From the NCBI GenBank assembly GCA_040752675.1, contig JBFMGF010000035.1:9852-73851 (forward strand): 64,000 nucleotides of DNA. Reading direction: 5' to 3'. The position numbers were made by a program, and so were the translations under genes. A model generated the notes under the pieces. That model saw only the letters and a program-made list of their open reading frames with translations, ran no database searches and was not told the DNA's origin. Numbering within the stretch: position 1 is the first letter of the stretch; every line of letters begins with the position of its first letter. This document shows positions 19,430-29,178 of this stretch, one piece after another. Origin of the DNA: Acidobacteriota bacterium (GTDB lineage: Bacteria; Acidobacteriota; Polarisedimenticolia; JBFMGF01).

Positions 19430-20786
19430 GCTCCTCCATTAATTCGAGAACGTTGCGGCGGAAGTCATCCCCTCTCTCCTCGTAGTTCCGATATGCATCA
19501 AAGCTGGCACACCCAGGCGCCAGGAGGACGATCTCTCCCGCAGAGGCTGTCTTGAACCCCCTCTTGACTCCGTCGGCAAGCGAAGAGGCTTCATAGATGG
19601 GTGCGCTCCCCTCGATCTGGCCTTTTATCTTCTCCGTCGCTTCGCCGATCAGGATGACTTCTTTCACGTTGTCCTGGATTAGAGGAATAAGTCTGGTGAA
19701 GTCGCCCCCCTTATCCCTTCCTCCAAGGATCAGGACAATCTTTTTTCCCGGGAAGGATTGAATTGCCTTGATTGCAGAATCGACGTTCGTTGCCTTGGAA
19801 TCGTTGTAGAAGGAGATCCCTCTAATCTCCGCCACATGCTCCAGCCTGTGGGGGAGTCCCTTGAAACTCATCACGGCAGCCCTTATTATGGGGCACTTTA
19901 TTCCTACGACCCTTGCGGCCAGGGCAGCGGCCATCACATTTTCCACGTTGTGCATTCCGGGAAGAGGAATCTCGTCGAGCGCGATCAGATATTCTTCCTT
20001 TCCCTGAAGTTTGAGGTAGATATTTCCAGCCTTGATAAAAGCCCCTTTCTCGACAGGATGCATCGAAGAGAAATACAGTTTCTGTGCCTTGATATGTTCC
20101 TCAAGGGTTTTCGAATCGCTGTCCTCTCTGTTCAGAATTGCATAGTCTGATTCTATTTGATTCTTGAAGATGGTTCCCTTGGCAGCGATGTAATGAGCGT
20201 AGCTCTCGTATCGGTCAAGGTGGTCGGGGCTCAGGTTAAGTAAAAGAGCAATATGCGGCTTGAAGCTTTCGATTGCTTCGAGCTGATACGATGAGAGTTC
20301 CACGGAATAAAACTTATCCTGAGAATCAGCGGCGACCATCTCAATCAGGGGGAGGCCGATGTTCCCACAGGCTCTGCAGTCGATTCCGGCGCAGGATAGT
20401 ATCCATGCTGTAAGCGATGTCGTTGTGCTCTTGCCATTGGAGCCGGTGATGCCGATGATCGTTCCCTTCAGAAAGAGAGAAGCCAGTTCTATCTCGCCGA
20501 TGATAAGCTTGCCATCATCGCGCGCCGCTTTCAATGGATAGATGTTCAATGGGACACCCGGGCTTGCGACTATTATGTCGCTGGAAGTAAAGTCTTCAAG
20601 TATATGTTTACCGGCAACAACCCTGATCCCTTTCTCGTCAAGCTCTAGCGTGGAGATGCCGAGCTCCTCTTTTTGTTTGATGTCGGTGGCGACGGTCAGA
20701 GCCCCTCGCTCTGCGGCAAAGAGGGAGGCGGCCAGCCCGCTCTTTCCCATCCCAACAACCAACACCCTTTTGTTCTTCAATTCCAT
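19416..20786 (-). CDS. murD: UDP-N-acetylmuramoylalanine--D-glutamate ligase MurD
   Basis: Mur ligase P-loop GITGSNGKSTTTSL and N-terminal VLVVGMGKSG. Confidence 0.9.
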   Translation of the reverse strand: MELKNKRVLVVGMGKSGLAASLFAAERGALTVATDIKQKEELGISTLELDEKGIRVVAGKHILEDFTSSDIIVASPGVPLNIYPLKAARDDGKLIIGEIELASLFLKGTIIGITGSNGKSTTTSLTAWILSCAGIDCRACGNIGLPLIEMVAADSQDKFYSVELSSYQLEAIESFKPHIALLLNLSPDHLDRYESYAHYIAAKGTIFKNQIESDYAILNREDSDSKTLEEHIKAQKLYFSSMHPVEKGAFIKAGNIYLKLQGKEEYLIALDEIPLPGMHNVENVMAAALAARVVGIKCPIIRAAVMSFKGLPHRLEHVAEIRGISFYNDSKATNVDSAIKAIQSFPGKKIVLILGGRDKGGDFTRLIPLIQDNVKEVILIGEATEKIKGQIEGSAPIYEASSLADGVKRGFKTASAGEIVLLAPGCASFDAYRNYEERGDDFRRNVLELMEELGDA

Positions 20787-20800
20787 TTTCTATACTTTCC

Positions 20801-21886
20801 CTACCTCAGCTTAAGGGTTGCGAGGCTGAGCAGAGAAAAGATGATGGCAACGATCCAGAAACGTATGACGACCTTTGATTCCTTCCACCCGAGATGCTCG
20901 AAATGATGGTGGAGTGGAGCCATCTTGAATATTCTATTTCCGGTCAGCCGATAGGAGGAAACCTGAAGGATGACTGACATCGCCTCGATGACAAACAGTC
21001 CTCCGACCAGGACCAGCAGGATCTCCTGTTTGGTCAGGACAGCAAGGGTCCCCAGCGACCCTCCCAGTGCCATAGAACCGACATCTCCCATGAAGATCTC
21101 GGCTGGATGGCTGTTGTACCAGAGAAAGCCGATGCTAGCCCCGACGACAGCTCCACAAAAGACGGTCAATTCCCCGGTTCCCTTGATGTTGATGATGCCA
21201 AGATAATTGGCGATTAGAGCATGACCCACGGCGTAAGTGATAATGGCGAAGGTCGCCGTGGCGATCAGGACGGAACCGATGGCAAGGCCGTCCAGCCCAT
21301 CCGTAAGATTCACCGCATTGGCGGAGCCGATGATGACGACGATGGTGAAAAGTATGTAGAACAATCCCAGATCGGGAGTGAAAGTCTTGAAGAAGGGGAC
21401 GCTGAGCTTCGTTGTGTAGACTCCGTACTTCGAGAGATAGATGAGAAGAAGACCGAGTAAGAATCCAGCGGCGAACTGGATGGCGAGCTTTGAACTGATC
21501 GTCAGTCCAAGATTCTTTCCTCTCCTGATCTTCATGAAATCATCTATGAATCCGATGGTTCCGAAGACGATCATGGAGGTGACAATGACCCAGACGAAGA
21601 GATTCATTATGTCCGCCCAGAGCAGCGTGGGAATGATCACGGAGATGATGATGAGGATCCCACCCATAGTCGGCGTGCCAGCCTTCGGCTTGTGAAATTG
21701 GGGTCCTTCCTCTCTGATTCTCTGCTCGACCTGGAGTTTTTTCAGCGTCCTGATCATACTCGGTCCGAAGAGGAATGAGATGAGCATTGCCGAAAGAATG
21801 GCGAGTGCAGTTCGAAAGGTGATATACTTAAAAACGTTGAACGGCCCGATGACATCATGGAGGGAATAGAGGAAATGGTAAAGCAT
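20801..21886 (-). CDS. mraY: Phospho-N-acetylmuramoyl-pentapeptide transferase MraY
   Basis: Polytopic membrane protein with MraY motifs (PTMGGI, NLTDGLDGLA, GDVGS). Confidence 0.9.
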   Translation of the reverse strand: MLYHFLYSLHDVIGPFNVFKYITFRTALAILSAMLISFLFGPSMIRTLKKLQVEQRIREEGPQFHKPKAGTPTMGGILIIISVIIPTLLWADIMNLFVWVIVTSMIVFGTIGFIDDFMKIRRGKNLGLTISSKLAIQFAAGFLLGLLLIYLSKYGVYTTKLSVPFFKTFTPDLGLFYILFTIVVIIGSANAVNLTDGLDGLAIGSVLIATATFAIITYAVGHALIANYLGIINIKGTGELTVFCGAVVGASIGFLWYNSHPAEIFMGDVGSMALGGSLGTLAVLTKQEILLVLVGGLFVIEAMSVILQVSSYRLTGNRIFKMAPLHHHFEHLGWKESKVVIRFWIVAIIFSLLSLATLKLR

Positions 21887-23280
21887 TAGATTCCCTCCTC
21901 CAGTTCCTGCTTCAATTTTTCAATTACCACTTCCATCTTCATCCCTCTTGAGCCTTTAACCAGAATCAGGTCTCCTTCTAGGACGAGGCCCGCAACTGCA
22001 TCGGATGCCTGCTTCGAGTCCGGGAAATGCCTGCATGCTTTCAATCCACGGCTTGCGGCCGCTCCAAGGGTAAATGCTGAGAGTTCTCCTACGCCCACGA
22101 GAAGCTCCACTCCGGCTTCCGCGATTTTTTCTCCTATGGCTGCATGGAGCATGGGAGCATCTGATCCGAGCTCCAGCATGTCTCCGAAGACAACGACTTT
22201 CCTTCCGTCGACCCTTTCCCGCGCAATGCTCTCCAGAACCATTTCCATTGCAGCCGGATTGGAGTTGTAAGTATCATCGATGATGGTTATCTCTTTCTTC
22301 AATCTTGTGATGACTCCCCGTCTGTCGCATGGTTTGAATGCCGAAAGAGCCTCGGATGCCTTGCCGAGATCCGCTTCGAGTGAAGCGCAGACCGATAAGG
22401 CAGCCAGGGCATTGTAAACGTTATGCAGTCCGAAGAGGGAAAGATGCGTTTGGAATCTCTCTCCCCTACACTGCGCGTCAAAGGTGACTCCTTCCCTGAT
22501 GCTGCCATGAATGGACACGGCATGAATGTCGGATCCCGGCATGAGCCCGTACGAGAGCCTCTCTCCTGGGAACCTCATGGCGATGGCCCTGACCCTCTCG
22601 TCGTCTTTGTTATAGATAGCGACCGATCCATGTCTCATCCCTTCAAAGAGCTCTGCCTTGGCGCGGGCGATCTCCTCGATGGAATGGAAATGCTCTAGAT
22701 GAACTGCTTTGATGCTCGTCAGCACTCCGATTTCAGGGTCGGCGATGTCGGTGAGCTTCTTTAACTCTCCAGGATAACTCACCCCCATTTCAAGAACGGC
22801 CACTTCACACCGTTCGTCCATTTCGAGGAGCGAGAGGGGAAGTCCGTAGAGATTGTTCAAGTTTCCCCTCGACCTCATTGTTCGGAAGGAGGGAGAGAGG
22901 GCATGGAAGATCATCTCCTTCGTCGTCGTCTTTCCCATGCTTCCCGTAATCCCTACCACCTTGAACCCCTCTTTCACTCTGACATGGTGAGCAAGCTTCT
23001 GAAGCGCTTCCCTCGTGTCCGCAACCCTGATGATCCGGAGCCTTTTTTTGAACTCCTCATTCGGTGCCCTGGAGACGATGGCAGCGGTCGCGCCATGGTC
23101 TATGGCATCTTGGAGATAGTCATGACCATCCTGGTTTGGACCCCTGAGGCAGAAGAAAAGATCTCCATCTTCCACTTCTCTTGAATCGATCTTGAACCTG
23201 CCAATCCTGGCACTGGCGTCTCCTGAGATTAGGGTCCCCTCAACGGTGGCCGCTATTTCCCGGATCTCAAGTACTGACAT
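21886..23280 (-). CDS. murF: UDP-MurNAc-tripeptide--D-alanyl-D-alanine ligase MurF
   Basis: Mur ligase P-loop GITGSMGKTTTKEM; dcw order. Confidence 0.85.
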   Translation of the reverse strand: MSVLEIREIAATVEGTLISGDASARIGRFKIDSREVEDGDLFFCLRGPNQDGHDYLQDAIDHGATAAIVSRAPNEEFKKRLRIIRVADTREALQKLAHHVRVKEGFKVVGITGSMGKTTTKEMIFHALSPSFRTMRSRGNLNNLYGLPLSLLEMDERCEVAVLEMGVSYPGELKKLTDIADPEIGVLTSIKAVHLEHFHSIEEIARAKAELFEGMRHGSVAIYNKDDERVRAIAMRFPGERLSYGLMPGSDIHAVSIHGSIREGVTFDAQCRGERFQTHLSLFGLHNVYNALAALSVCASLEADLGKASEALSAFKPCDRRGVITRLKKEITIIDDTYNSNPAAMEMVLESIARERVDGRKVVVFGDMLELGSDAPMLHAAIGEKIAEAGVELLVGVGELSAFTLGAAASRGLKACRHFPDSKQASDAVAGLVLEGDLILVKGSRGMKMEVVIEKLKQELEEGI

Positions 23281-24817
23281 TCTGAACTCTAACTCCCATT
23301 TTCTTCCTGATCAATTGCGCAGCTACCTTCTTGTCTTCAAAAGGTATGAGAGTGTCTCCTATCTGCTGGTATTTCTCATGCCCCTTTCCCGCGATGACGA
23401 CGATGTCTCCCTTTTGCGCCATCATGATGGCCTCTTCGATTGCCTCGGCTCTATCGGTGATCGTTATGTACTTTGATGAGGAGCCACCAACCGTGGCGAT
23501 TCCCGTTTCGATCTCGGAGATGATGGCTTCCGGATCTTCACTCCTCGGATTATCTGAGGTGATGATGACGAAATCGCTCAGCCTTGCGGCGACTGCTCCC
23601 ATCTTCGGCCTCTTGAGCCTGTCCCGGTCTCCGCCGCATCCGAAAACAGTGATGAGCCTTGCTTCCATGATCTCCCTCAGTGAGATGAGGAGGTTCTCCA
23701 GAGCATCATCGGTGTGCGCGTAATCGATGAGGAGTGTGAAGTCTTGCCCTTCCTCGATCTTCTCGAACCTTCCCGGAATATGGCGGCATTTCACGATACC
23801 CTCTCTGATCGCCTCTGGTTCCAATCCGAGAAGGAGGGCAGCGGCAAAGGCTGCCGTCGCGTTGTAGATGTTGGGGATGCCGATGATAGGAGAAAAGAGC
23901 TGGTGTTCCTTTCCCTGAAAGCGAACGGCAAAACGGCTTCCCGTGAAGGACATTCCTTCAACTCTGATCCTGAAGTCCGAATCGTCGGAAAGGCCGTAAG
24001 TAGAGATTCTCCCTTTCGATATACTTATCATGCTCTTCCCCCATTCCGAATCGATGTTGACGATGGAGTCGGATCCATCTGGCAACTCTTGGAAGGCAAG
24101 CGACTTTGTCCTGAAGTAGTCCTCCAGTGTTCCATGAAAGTCTAGATGGTCCTGCGTGAGATTTGTGAAGATGAGCTGCCGAAATTTCATTCCATGGACT
24201 CTCTTAAGCGCGATCGCATGGGATGAGACCTCCATGACACAGTATCCGAACCCTTTTTCATGAAGCCTGCTCATGAAGGCGAAAATGTCAGATGATTCCG
24301 GCGTCGTTCGCTCGGACGGTGCTATCTCATCGCCCATCCTGCGAGTGACCGTTCCGAGAACGCCGCTGCTGTTCCCCGAAGCGAAGAGGATCGATTCTAG
24401 GAAGTAACATATCGTTGTCTTTCCGTTAGTTCCGGTCACGCCGATGACCCGAATCTTTTCGTCGGGTTTCTCATAGAAGTTCCTTGAGGTCACCGCAAGA
24501 GCCTCTCTTTCATCGCGGACGACGACAAGTGGAATGTTATCTGGAAGGAGATGGATGTCTCTCCAGGAAAGAACGGCTGCTGCCCCTGCCGCAATGGCTT
24601 CGTTCACGAAATAGGCACCATCGAGCTTGAATCCTTTGAGGGCGACGAAGAGAAATCCTGCTCCAATATTCCTGGAATCGTATGAGATTCCCCGGATCTC
24701 GATTGAGAGGTCCCCTCTCACGTTCTGGACACCGATCCCTTTAATGAGCTGCTGCAGCTTAATTGTATTTTCCCTCCTTCTTTTTCCCTTCTTCCGGTAA
24801 TGGAACATTTTCTGCAA
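23267..24817 (-). CDS. murE: UDP-MurNAc-L-Ala-D-Glu--2,6-diaminopimelate ligase MurE (DNPR motif, meso-DAP type)
   Basis: GVTGTNGKTT P-loop and DNPR in ITSDNPRSEDP. The annotated start overlaps ftsI by 59 bp, so the true start may be internal. Confidence 0.9.
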   Translation of the reverse strand: MQKMFHYRKKGKRRRENTIKLQQLIKGIGVQNVRGDLSIEIRGISYDSRNIGAGFLFVALKGFKLDGAYFVNEAIAAGAAAVLSWRDIHLLPDNIPLVVVRDEREALAVTSRNFYEKPDEKIRVIGVTGTNGKTTICYFLESILFASGNSSGVLGTVTRRMGDEIAPSERTTPESSDIFAFMSRLHEKGFGYCVMEVSSHAIALKRVHGMKFRQLIFTNLTQDHLDFHGTLEDYFRTKSLAFQELPDGSDSIVNIDSEWGKSMISISKGRISTYGLSDDSDFRIRVEGMSFTGSRFAVRFQGKEHQLFSPIIGIPNIYNATAAFAAALLLGLEPEAIREGIVKCRHIPGRFEKIEEGQDFTLLIDYAHTDDALENLLISLREIMEARLITVFGCGGDRDRLKRPKMGAVAARLSDFVIITSDNPRSEDPEAIISEIETGIATVGGSSSKYITITDRAEAIEEAIMMAQKGDIVVIAGKGHEKYQQIGDTLIPFEDKKVAAQLIRKKMGVRVQNVST

Positions 24818-26936
24818 GTTCGAGAAAACAGATATCCCCCCTCTTCAAGTGGGAGCCTGCTGATGGATACTGAGCAACAACGTAACCAATGCCCGAAGCC
24901 TTAACCCTGCTTCCTCTGGTTGAGAGGAATGAGACGGCGTCTCTCAAACTTCTTCCCGATAGATCCGGCATGACGCCATTCTCCATATCGATTGGGAGCG
25001 GCTCGTCCAGTTTAGAGAATCTAACGAAACGGTCAAAGCCTGCCAGCATCGACCCTGAGCGGTTCTTGACAAGCAGCAGGTTCGTCGGGACGAGTGATGT
25101 TTTTTCATCGTGAAGATCTTCAGGCATTTCCTTCTGGAATCTATGGGCAGGAAACGTCTCCTGGTTGGGAGGGATCTGAAGATAGGAAAGTGTCTCTCCC
25201 ATGATCCTGGAGAAGACCGGCGCTGCGACATCACCGCCATAGTAATATCTCCCACTGGGAAGGTCGAGCATCACGAGGCAGATGACCGCCGGGTTATGGG
25301 AAGGGGCAAAGCCGATGAAGGAAGCCACGAAACGGTCGTTTCTGAAGAGTCTGAGGTTGAAATCAAATACCTGCGCCGTTCCCGTCTTGCCGGCGACCGA
25401 GTAACCCGGCACGGCAGCCTTCTTACCGGTTCCGTTGAGTATGACTCCCTCGAGAACTCCTGTGACTATCCTCGCACCTCTTGCGGAAAGGACTCTCTTC
25501 TCCCTGAAGCGCTTGAATAAGTGGTATTCACCGGAAGGATCGATGTAGCCCTTTCCAACGTGGGGCTGGACCATGACGCCATCGTTGGCGATTGCGGAGA
25601 ATGAAGCAAGCATCTGAATCGGAGTGACTCCGATCTCCTGCCCGATTGAGATACTGGCCTGCGAGATCTTGGACCATGTGGAAGGGGAACGCACCAGAGA
25701 AGAGCCGCTTACCTCGCCCGGGAGATCAATGCCGGTCTTATCCCCGAAGCCGAAGTCCTTGATGTATCGGTAGAAGGTCTCTTTGGAAAGTCTCGATGCG
25801 ATCTTGATCATTCCCACATTGCTGGAATGCTCGATGATCTTCATGACGCTCAGATCACCGTAAGGGTGATGGTCCGAGATCGGTATGCCGGCGACTCTGA
25901 TGACACCATTTCCGCAGAAGATGATCTCGGCAGGATCGAATTTCCCCTCTTCGACAAGAGCGGAGAGTCCTATCCCCTTGAACGTTGACCCAGGTTCGTA
26001 GAGGTCCGTGATTGAGATATTCTTGCGGTTCTCCCGAGGATACCCGGTAACGTTGTTCAGGTTGAATGTCGGTCTGTTTGCAATTGCCAGAATCTCTCCG
26101 GTTGATGGATCCATAACGATGGCACATCCCTTGTAGGCATTGGTTTCCGCAAAGGCTCTCCCAAGTTCTTTCTCGGCGATGTACTGGAGAACCTCATCGA
26201 TGCTCAAAACCAGATGGCTTTCCCTTCTTCTCTCGCCTGAATTCAGCACGGGGAAACTGTTCCCAACAGCATCCCTGGTGACCTGAAGAAAGATCTGATC
26301 TCCCTTGAGAAAAGAATCGTACTGCGACTCCACACCATCCAGTCCTTTCTCGTCGATATCAGAGGTTCCTATCACGTGGGAGGCAAGGAAGCCTTTGGGA
26401 TAGTATCTCTTGAACTCCTTCTCGAAGAATATCCCGGCTTCCTGGAAATGCTTCTCCATGTGTCCCCTGCTGAGGCACTCTTCCTTCATCCTCCCTGAGC
26501 AGGGGACGACCCCTTCGATGTCCAGCCTCATGATCTCGTGCTTTTCCTTGGGTGTGATCTTGCGTTTCACGAAGAAATATTTTTTGTTTTTTTGCTTCTT
26601 CTCGTAGAAGCTTCTTAATGCCTCATGGAGGTTGAAATGGAGCACCTTTGAAAATTTTGCCAGTGTATCCTCGGGATTAGTTATCACCTGAGGGTTGATG
26701 ACGAGGCTGTCCGCCTCCACGCTGATTGTGAGTATCCGCCCGTTTCTATCGAAGATGGTTCCCCGCCTGGGTTCAAGGCTCCATATGGCCTCCTGCCTGG
26801 CCGTTGCTTCCTTCTCATAGTGGTCGTGTCTGATAATCTGAAGAAAAACGAGCCGGGTGATGATGACCCCGCTCCATGCAGAGAGCAGGACCAGAAACGT
26901 GATCAATCTTGTCCTGTGCTTTCTATCCTGCGTCAT
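24759..26936 (-). CDS. ftsI: Peptidoglycan D,D-transpeptidase FtsI (PBP3-like class B PBP) with a C-terminal PASTA domain
   Basis: SxxK (GSTFKG), SxN (HSSNVG) and KTG (AGKTGTAQ) motifs. The last ~70 aa (VMPDLSGRSLRDAVSFLS ... QYPSAGSHLKRGDICFLEL) match the PASTA fold pattern. Confidence 0.85.
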   Translation of the reverse strand: MTQDRKHRTRLITFLVLLSAWSGVIITRLVFLQIIRHDHYEKEATARQEAIWSLEPRRGTIFDRNGRILTISVEADSLVINPQVITNPEDTLAKFSKVLHFNLHEALRSFYEKKQKNKKYFFVKRKITPKEKHEIMRLDIEGVVPCSGRMKEECLSRGHMEKHFQEAGIFFEKEFKRYYPKGFLASHVIGTSDIDEKGLDGVESQYDSFLKGDQIFLQVTRDAVGNSFPVLNSGERRRESHLVLSIDEVLQYIAEKELGRAFAETNAYKGCAIVMDPSTGEILAIANRPTFNLNNVTGYPRENRKNISITDLYEPGSTFKGIGLSALVEEGKFDPAEIIFCGNGVIRVAGIPISDHHPYGDLSVMKIIEHSSNVGMIKIASRLSKETFYRYIKDFGFGDKTGIDLPGEVSGSSLVRSPSTWSKISQASISIGQEIGVTPIQMLASFSAIANDGVMVQPHVGKGYIDPSGEYHLFKRFREKRVLSARGARIVTGVLEGVILNGTGKKAAVPGYSVAGKTGTAQVFDFNLRLFRNDRFVASFIGFAPSHNPAVICLVMLDLPSGRYYYGGDVAAPVFSRIMGETLSYLQIPPNQETFPAHRFQKEMPEDLHDEKTSLVPTNLLLVKNRSGSMLAGFDRFVRFSKLDEPLPIDMENGVMPDLSGRSLRDAVSFLSTRGSRVKASGIGYVVAQYPSAGSHLKRGDICFLELAENVPLPEEGKKKEGKYN

Positions 26937-26944
26937 TCACTTCC

Positions 26945-27376
26945 TCAATTCCATCCAGCCTTCATAGCGGCCTGCTCCGCATCCTGAGACTTGCTCTCTG
27001 TGAGTAGATGCTTGCCCTGTTCATTGTCCGGATGCACCCGAACGACCACCAGACATCCTCCATCTCCCTGTTCCTTGAGGTATAAGTCCCTTCTTGCCTG
27101 ATCCTCGATCATGCGAGGGGATTCAAGGTACGATCTTTCCGCTTCGAGATAGATCGCGTTCTTTATGAGGATCTGTTTCCGGCTCTTCAGCTCTTCTATC
27201 TCATATTGGTAGCGGACGTACTCGATGCGATTCCTGAGATAAAGTAGGATCGGAATAGAGATGAGAACGAGAATGATGAAGAAGATGAAAAACTCATTCC
27301 TCTTCTTCCGGTCCTTCTCCCGAATGATCCTGCGGTTAAGTCGGCTCTTTCTAGATCTGATTGCCTTTGATGTCAT
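26945..27376 (-). CDS. ftsL: Cell division protein FtsL-like (small bitopic membrane protein)
   Basis: Single TM (FFIFFIILVLISIPILLYL) followed by a coiled-coil region; located between rsmH and ftsI. Confidence 0.5.
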   Translation of the reverse strand: MTSKAIRSRKSRLNRRIIREKDRKKRNEFFIFFIILVLISIPILLYLRNRIEYVRYQYEIEELKSRKQILIKNAIYLEAERSYLESPRMIEDQARRDLYLKEQGDGGCLVVVRVHPDNEQGKHLLTESKSQDAEQAAMKAGWN

Positions 27377-28299
27377 AGTCTCTCCACGACTCTCAACCGC
27401 GCGCTCCTCGCCCTAGGGTTCTCGAGCAGCTCTTTCCTGGAAGGAAGAATGGGCTTGCGCGTTATTAGCCTTACCAGTGTTTCCCTGCCGCATCCACAGA
27501 CGGGAAGGGCAGGAGGGCAGATGCAGGAAGACGAGAGATCCCTGAAACTCATCTTGACGATCCGATCTTCGAGAGAATGATAGGAGATGATGGCCATTCT
27601 CCCTCCCTTTTTCAGACGTTCGATCGCTCTCCTGATAAAGTCGCTCAAGCCTTCGAGTTCCCTGTTGACGGCAATCCTCAGAGCCTGAAAAGTTTTAGTT
27701 GCGGGATGGATCTTCGATCTCCTCTGTCCGCAGGCTTCGAGCACTATCCGGGAAAGCTCGGAAGTTCGCTCGATCCGTTTTTCCCTTCTCCTGGCGACGA
27801 TGAGCCTGGCGATCTTCCCTCCAAACTTCTCCTCGCCGTACTCTTCAAGTATCCTTTGAAGATTCTCCTCGGGAAGTTCATTAACGAGCTTTTCTGCAGT
27901 CTCTTCCTGATCTGTATCGAATCTCATATCGAGCGGTCCATCGATCTGGAAGCTGAACCCCCTCGAGGACTGTGTGACATGGTATGAAGACATCCCCAGA
28001 TCCACCAGAATTCCATCCACTGCATCAATCCCGAGTGAATCAAGTATCCCGGGAAGCTTCTTGTAGTTGTTCCTCACTTTTATAAAGTGCTTCCCGAAGC
28101 GAGACAGATTTTTTTCTGCAAGCGCCAGTGATTCAGCATCTATCTCTATTCCGATGACGGAACCTTCAGGAGCGGCAACAGTCAATATTTTTTCTGAATG
28201 GCCACCTAATCCAACTGTGCAATCTACGTAGATACCGCCATCTCTGGACTTCAGAAGCTCAACGACTTCTTCGAGTAGGACCGGTCTATGCAATTGCAT
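27373..28299 (-). CDS. rsmH: 16S rRNA (cytosine1402-N4)-methyltransferase RsmH (MraW)
   Basis: HRPVLLEEVVELL N-terminus and SAM-binding GIYVDCTVGLGGHS. Confidence 0.9.
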   Translation of the reverse strand: MQLHRPVLLEEVVELLKSRDGGIYVDCTVGLGGHSEKILTVAAPEGSVIGIEIDAESLALAEKNLSRFGKHFIKVRNNYKKLPGILDSLGIDAVDGILVDLGMSSYHVTQSSRGFSFQIDGPLDMRFDTDQEETAEKLVNELPEENLQRILEEYGEEKFGGKIARLIVARRREKRIERTSELSRIVLEACGQRRSKIHPATKTFQALRIAVNRELEGLSDFIRRAIERLKKGGRMAIISYHSLEDRIVKMSFRDLSSSCICPPALPVCGCGRETLVRLITRKPILPSRKELLENPRARSARLRVVERL

Positions 28300-28342
28300 C
28301 TCTTACAGGAATGCGTTAATAACCGTTTTCTCATCATCGGGA

Positions 28343-28786
28343 CTACATGATGCCGTGAGAGGCCAGTTCGTTGAGCTCTTCCCTGGTCAGCTTTGACTTC
28401 TCCAATTGCTCTCTCACATCCTTCATGTTGATGACCTCAAGAAAGAGGATCTTCCCGATCACGGCAACTTCACCGTTGATATTGGCATCCTTTCTCAAAA
28501 AGGCAGGGATCAGGATTCTCCCCTGCGAATCCATTTCGACCATCCTTCCGTAGATGTTTGTCAGGTTGTAGAATTTCTCGAACGACGGATTCAGAGAGGA
28601 CTTCCCCTTGAGCTTTTTTTCATTTTCTTCCCAGACAGGGAAGGGATAGATCCTGACGGCTCGGCCATCGATGCTCGTTACATAGAACATGGTTCCGAAC
28701 TCTCCTTCGATGATAGAGCGGTATTCCGATGGGATCTTCAACCTACCCTTCCCGTCTACTTTTGCCGGTGCGCTACCTCTGAGCAT
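28343..28786 (-). CDS. mraZ: Division/cell wall cluster transcriptional regulator MraZ
   Basis: Tandem MraZ half-domains (GSAPAKVDGKGRLKIP ... and SQGRILIPAFLR) in a ~147-aa protein at the head of the dcw cluster. Confidence 0.85.
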   Translation of the reverse strand: MLRGSAPAKVDGKGRLKIPSEYRSIIEGEFGTMFYVTSIDGRAVRIYPFPVWEENEKKLKGKSSLNPSFEKFYNLTNIYGRMVEMDSQGRILIPAFLRKDANINGEVAVIGKILFLEVINMKDVREQLEKSKLTREELNELASHGIM

Positions 28787-28875
28787 CTCTTAAAAGTTCT
28801 TTACTTGAAAACCAGAAAACTCTATAATTCGAAATACAAAAAAAGTAACATAAAAAAATAAGCTAGGGTAAGAAA

Positions 28876-28900
28876 TCCACTTTTATCCACTTTATTCCAC
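28876..28900 (-). promoter_or_regulatory. MraZ operator: three direct GTGGA repeats at 10-bp periodicity (read on the minus strand GTGGAataaaGTGGAtaaaaGTGGA)
   Basis: TCCAC on the + strand at 28876..28880, 28886..28890 and 28896..28900. This matches the conserved MraZ box organisation (GTGG[G/T/A] repeats with 5-nt spacers) upstream of mraZ. Confidence 0.6.
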
Positions 28901-28904
28901 AGCA

Positions 28905-28933
28905 ATATTACGGTTTCACCTTTTTGTTGTCAA
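28905..28933 (-). promoter_or_regulatory. Pmra-like sigma-70 promoter (TTGACA-17 nt-TAATAT on the minus strand)
   Basis: Minus-strand -35 TTGACA (+ coordinates 28928..28933) and -10 TAATAT (28905..28910) with an exact 17-nt spacer, immediately upstream of the MraZ boxes. Confidence 0.55.
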
Positions 28934-29178
28934 GCAAAAAATCTATTTTTTTCAATAAAATCTTTAGATTTTTGAGAACCGCGCTATCTGGGATGCAATT
29001 CTTTAAAGACCACTATATAAGGTAGTTTCGAAATAGGAAGTAAACCGATTTCCACCGGGAATAGACTGATCTCATTGGATGGAGTGCAAAAACCAAAGCC
29101 ACACCGGCTCAAAACAAGGTGGACCGATTGATTAAGGGTGAGATGAGATGACATCGAGCGAGTGGGAGAAAATGGAAA

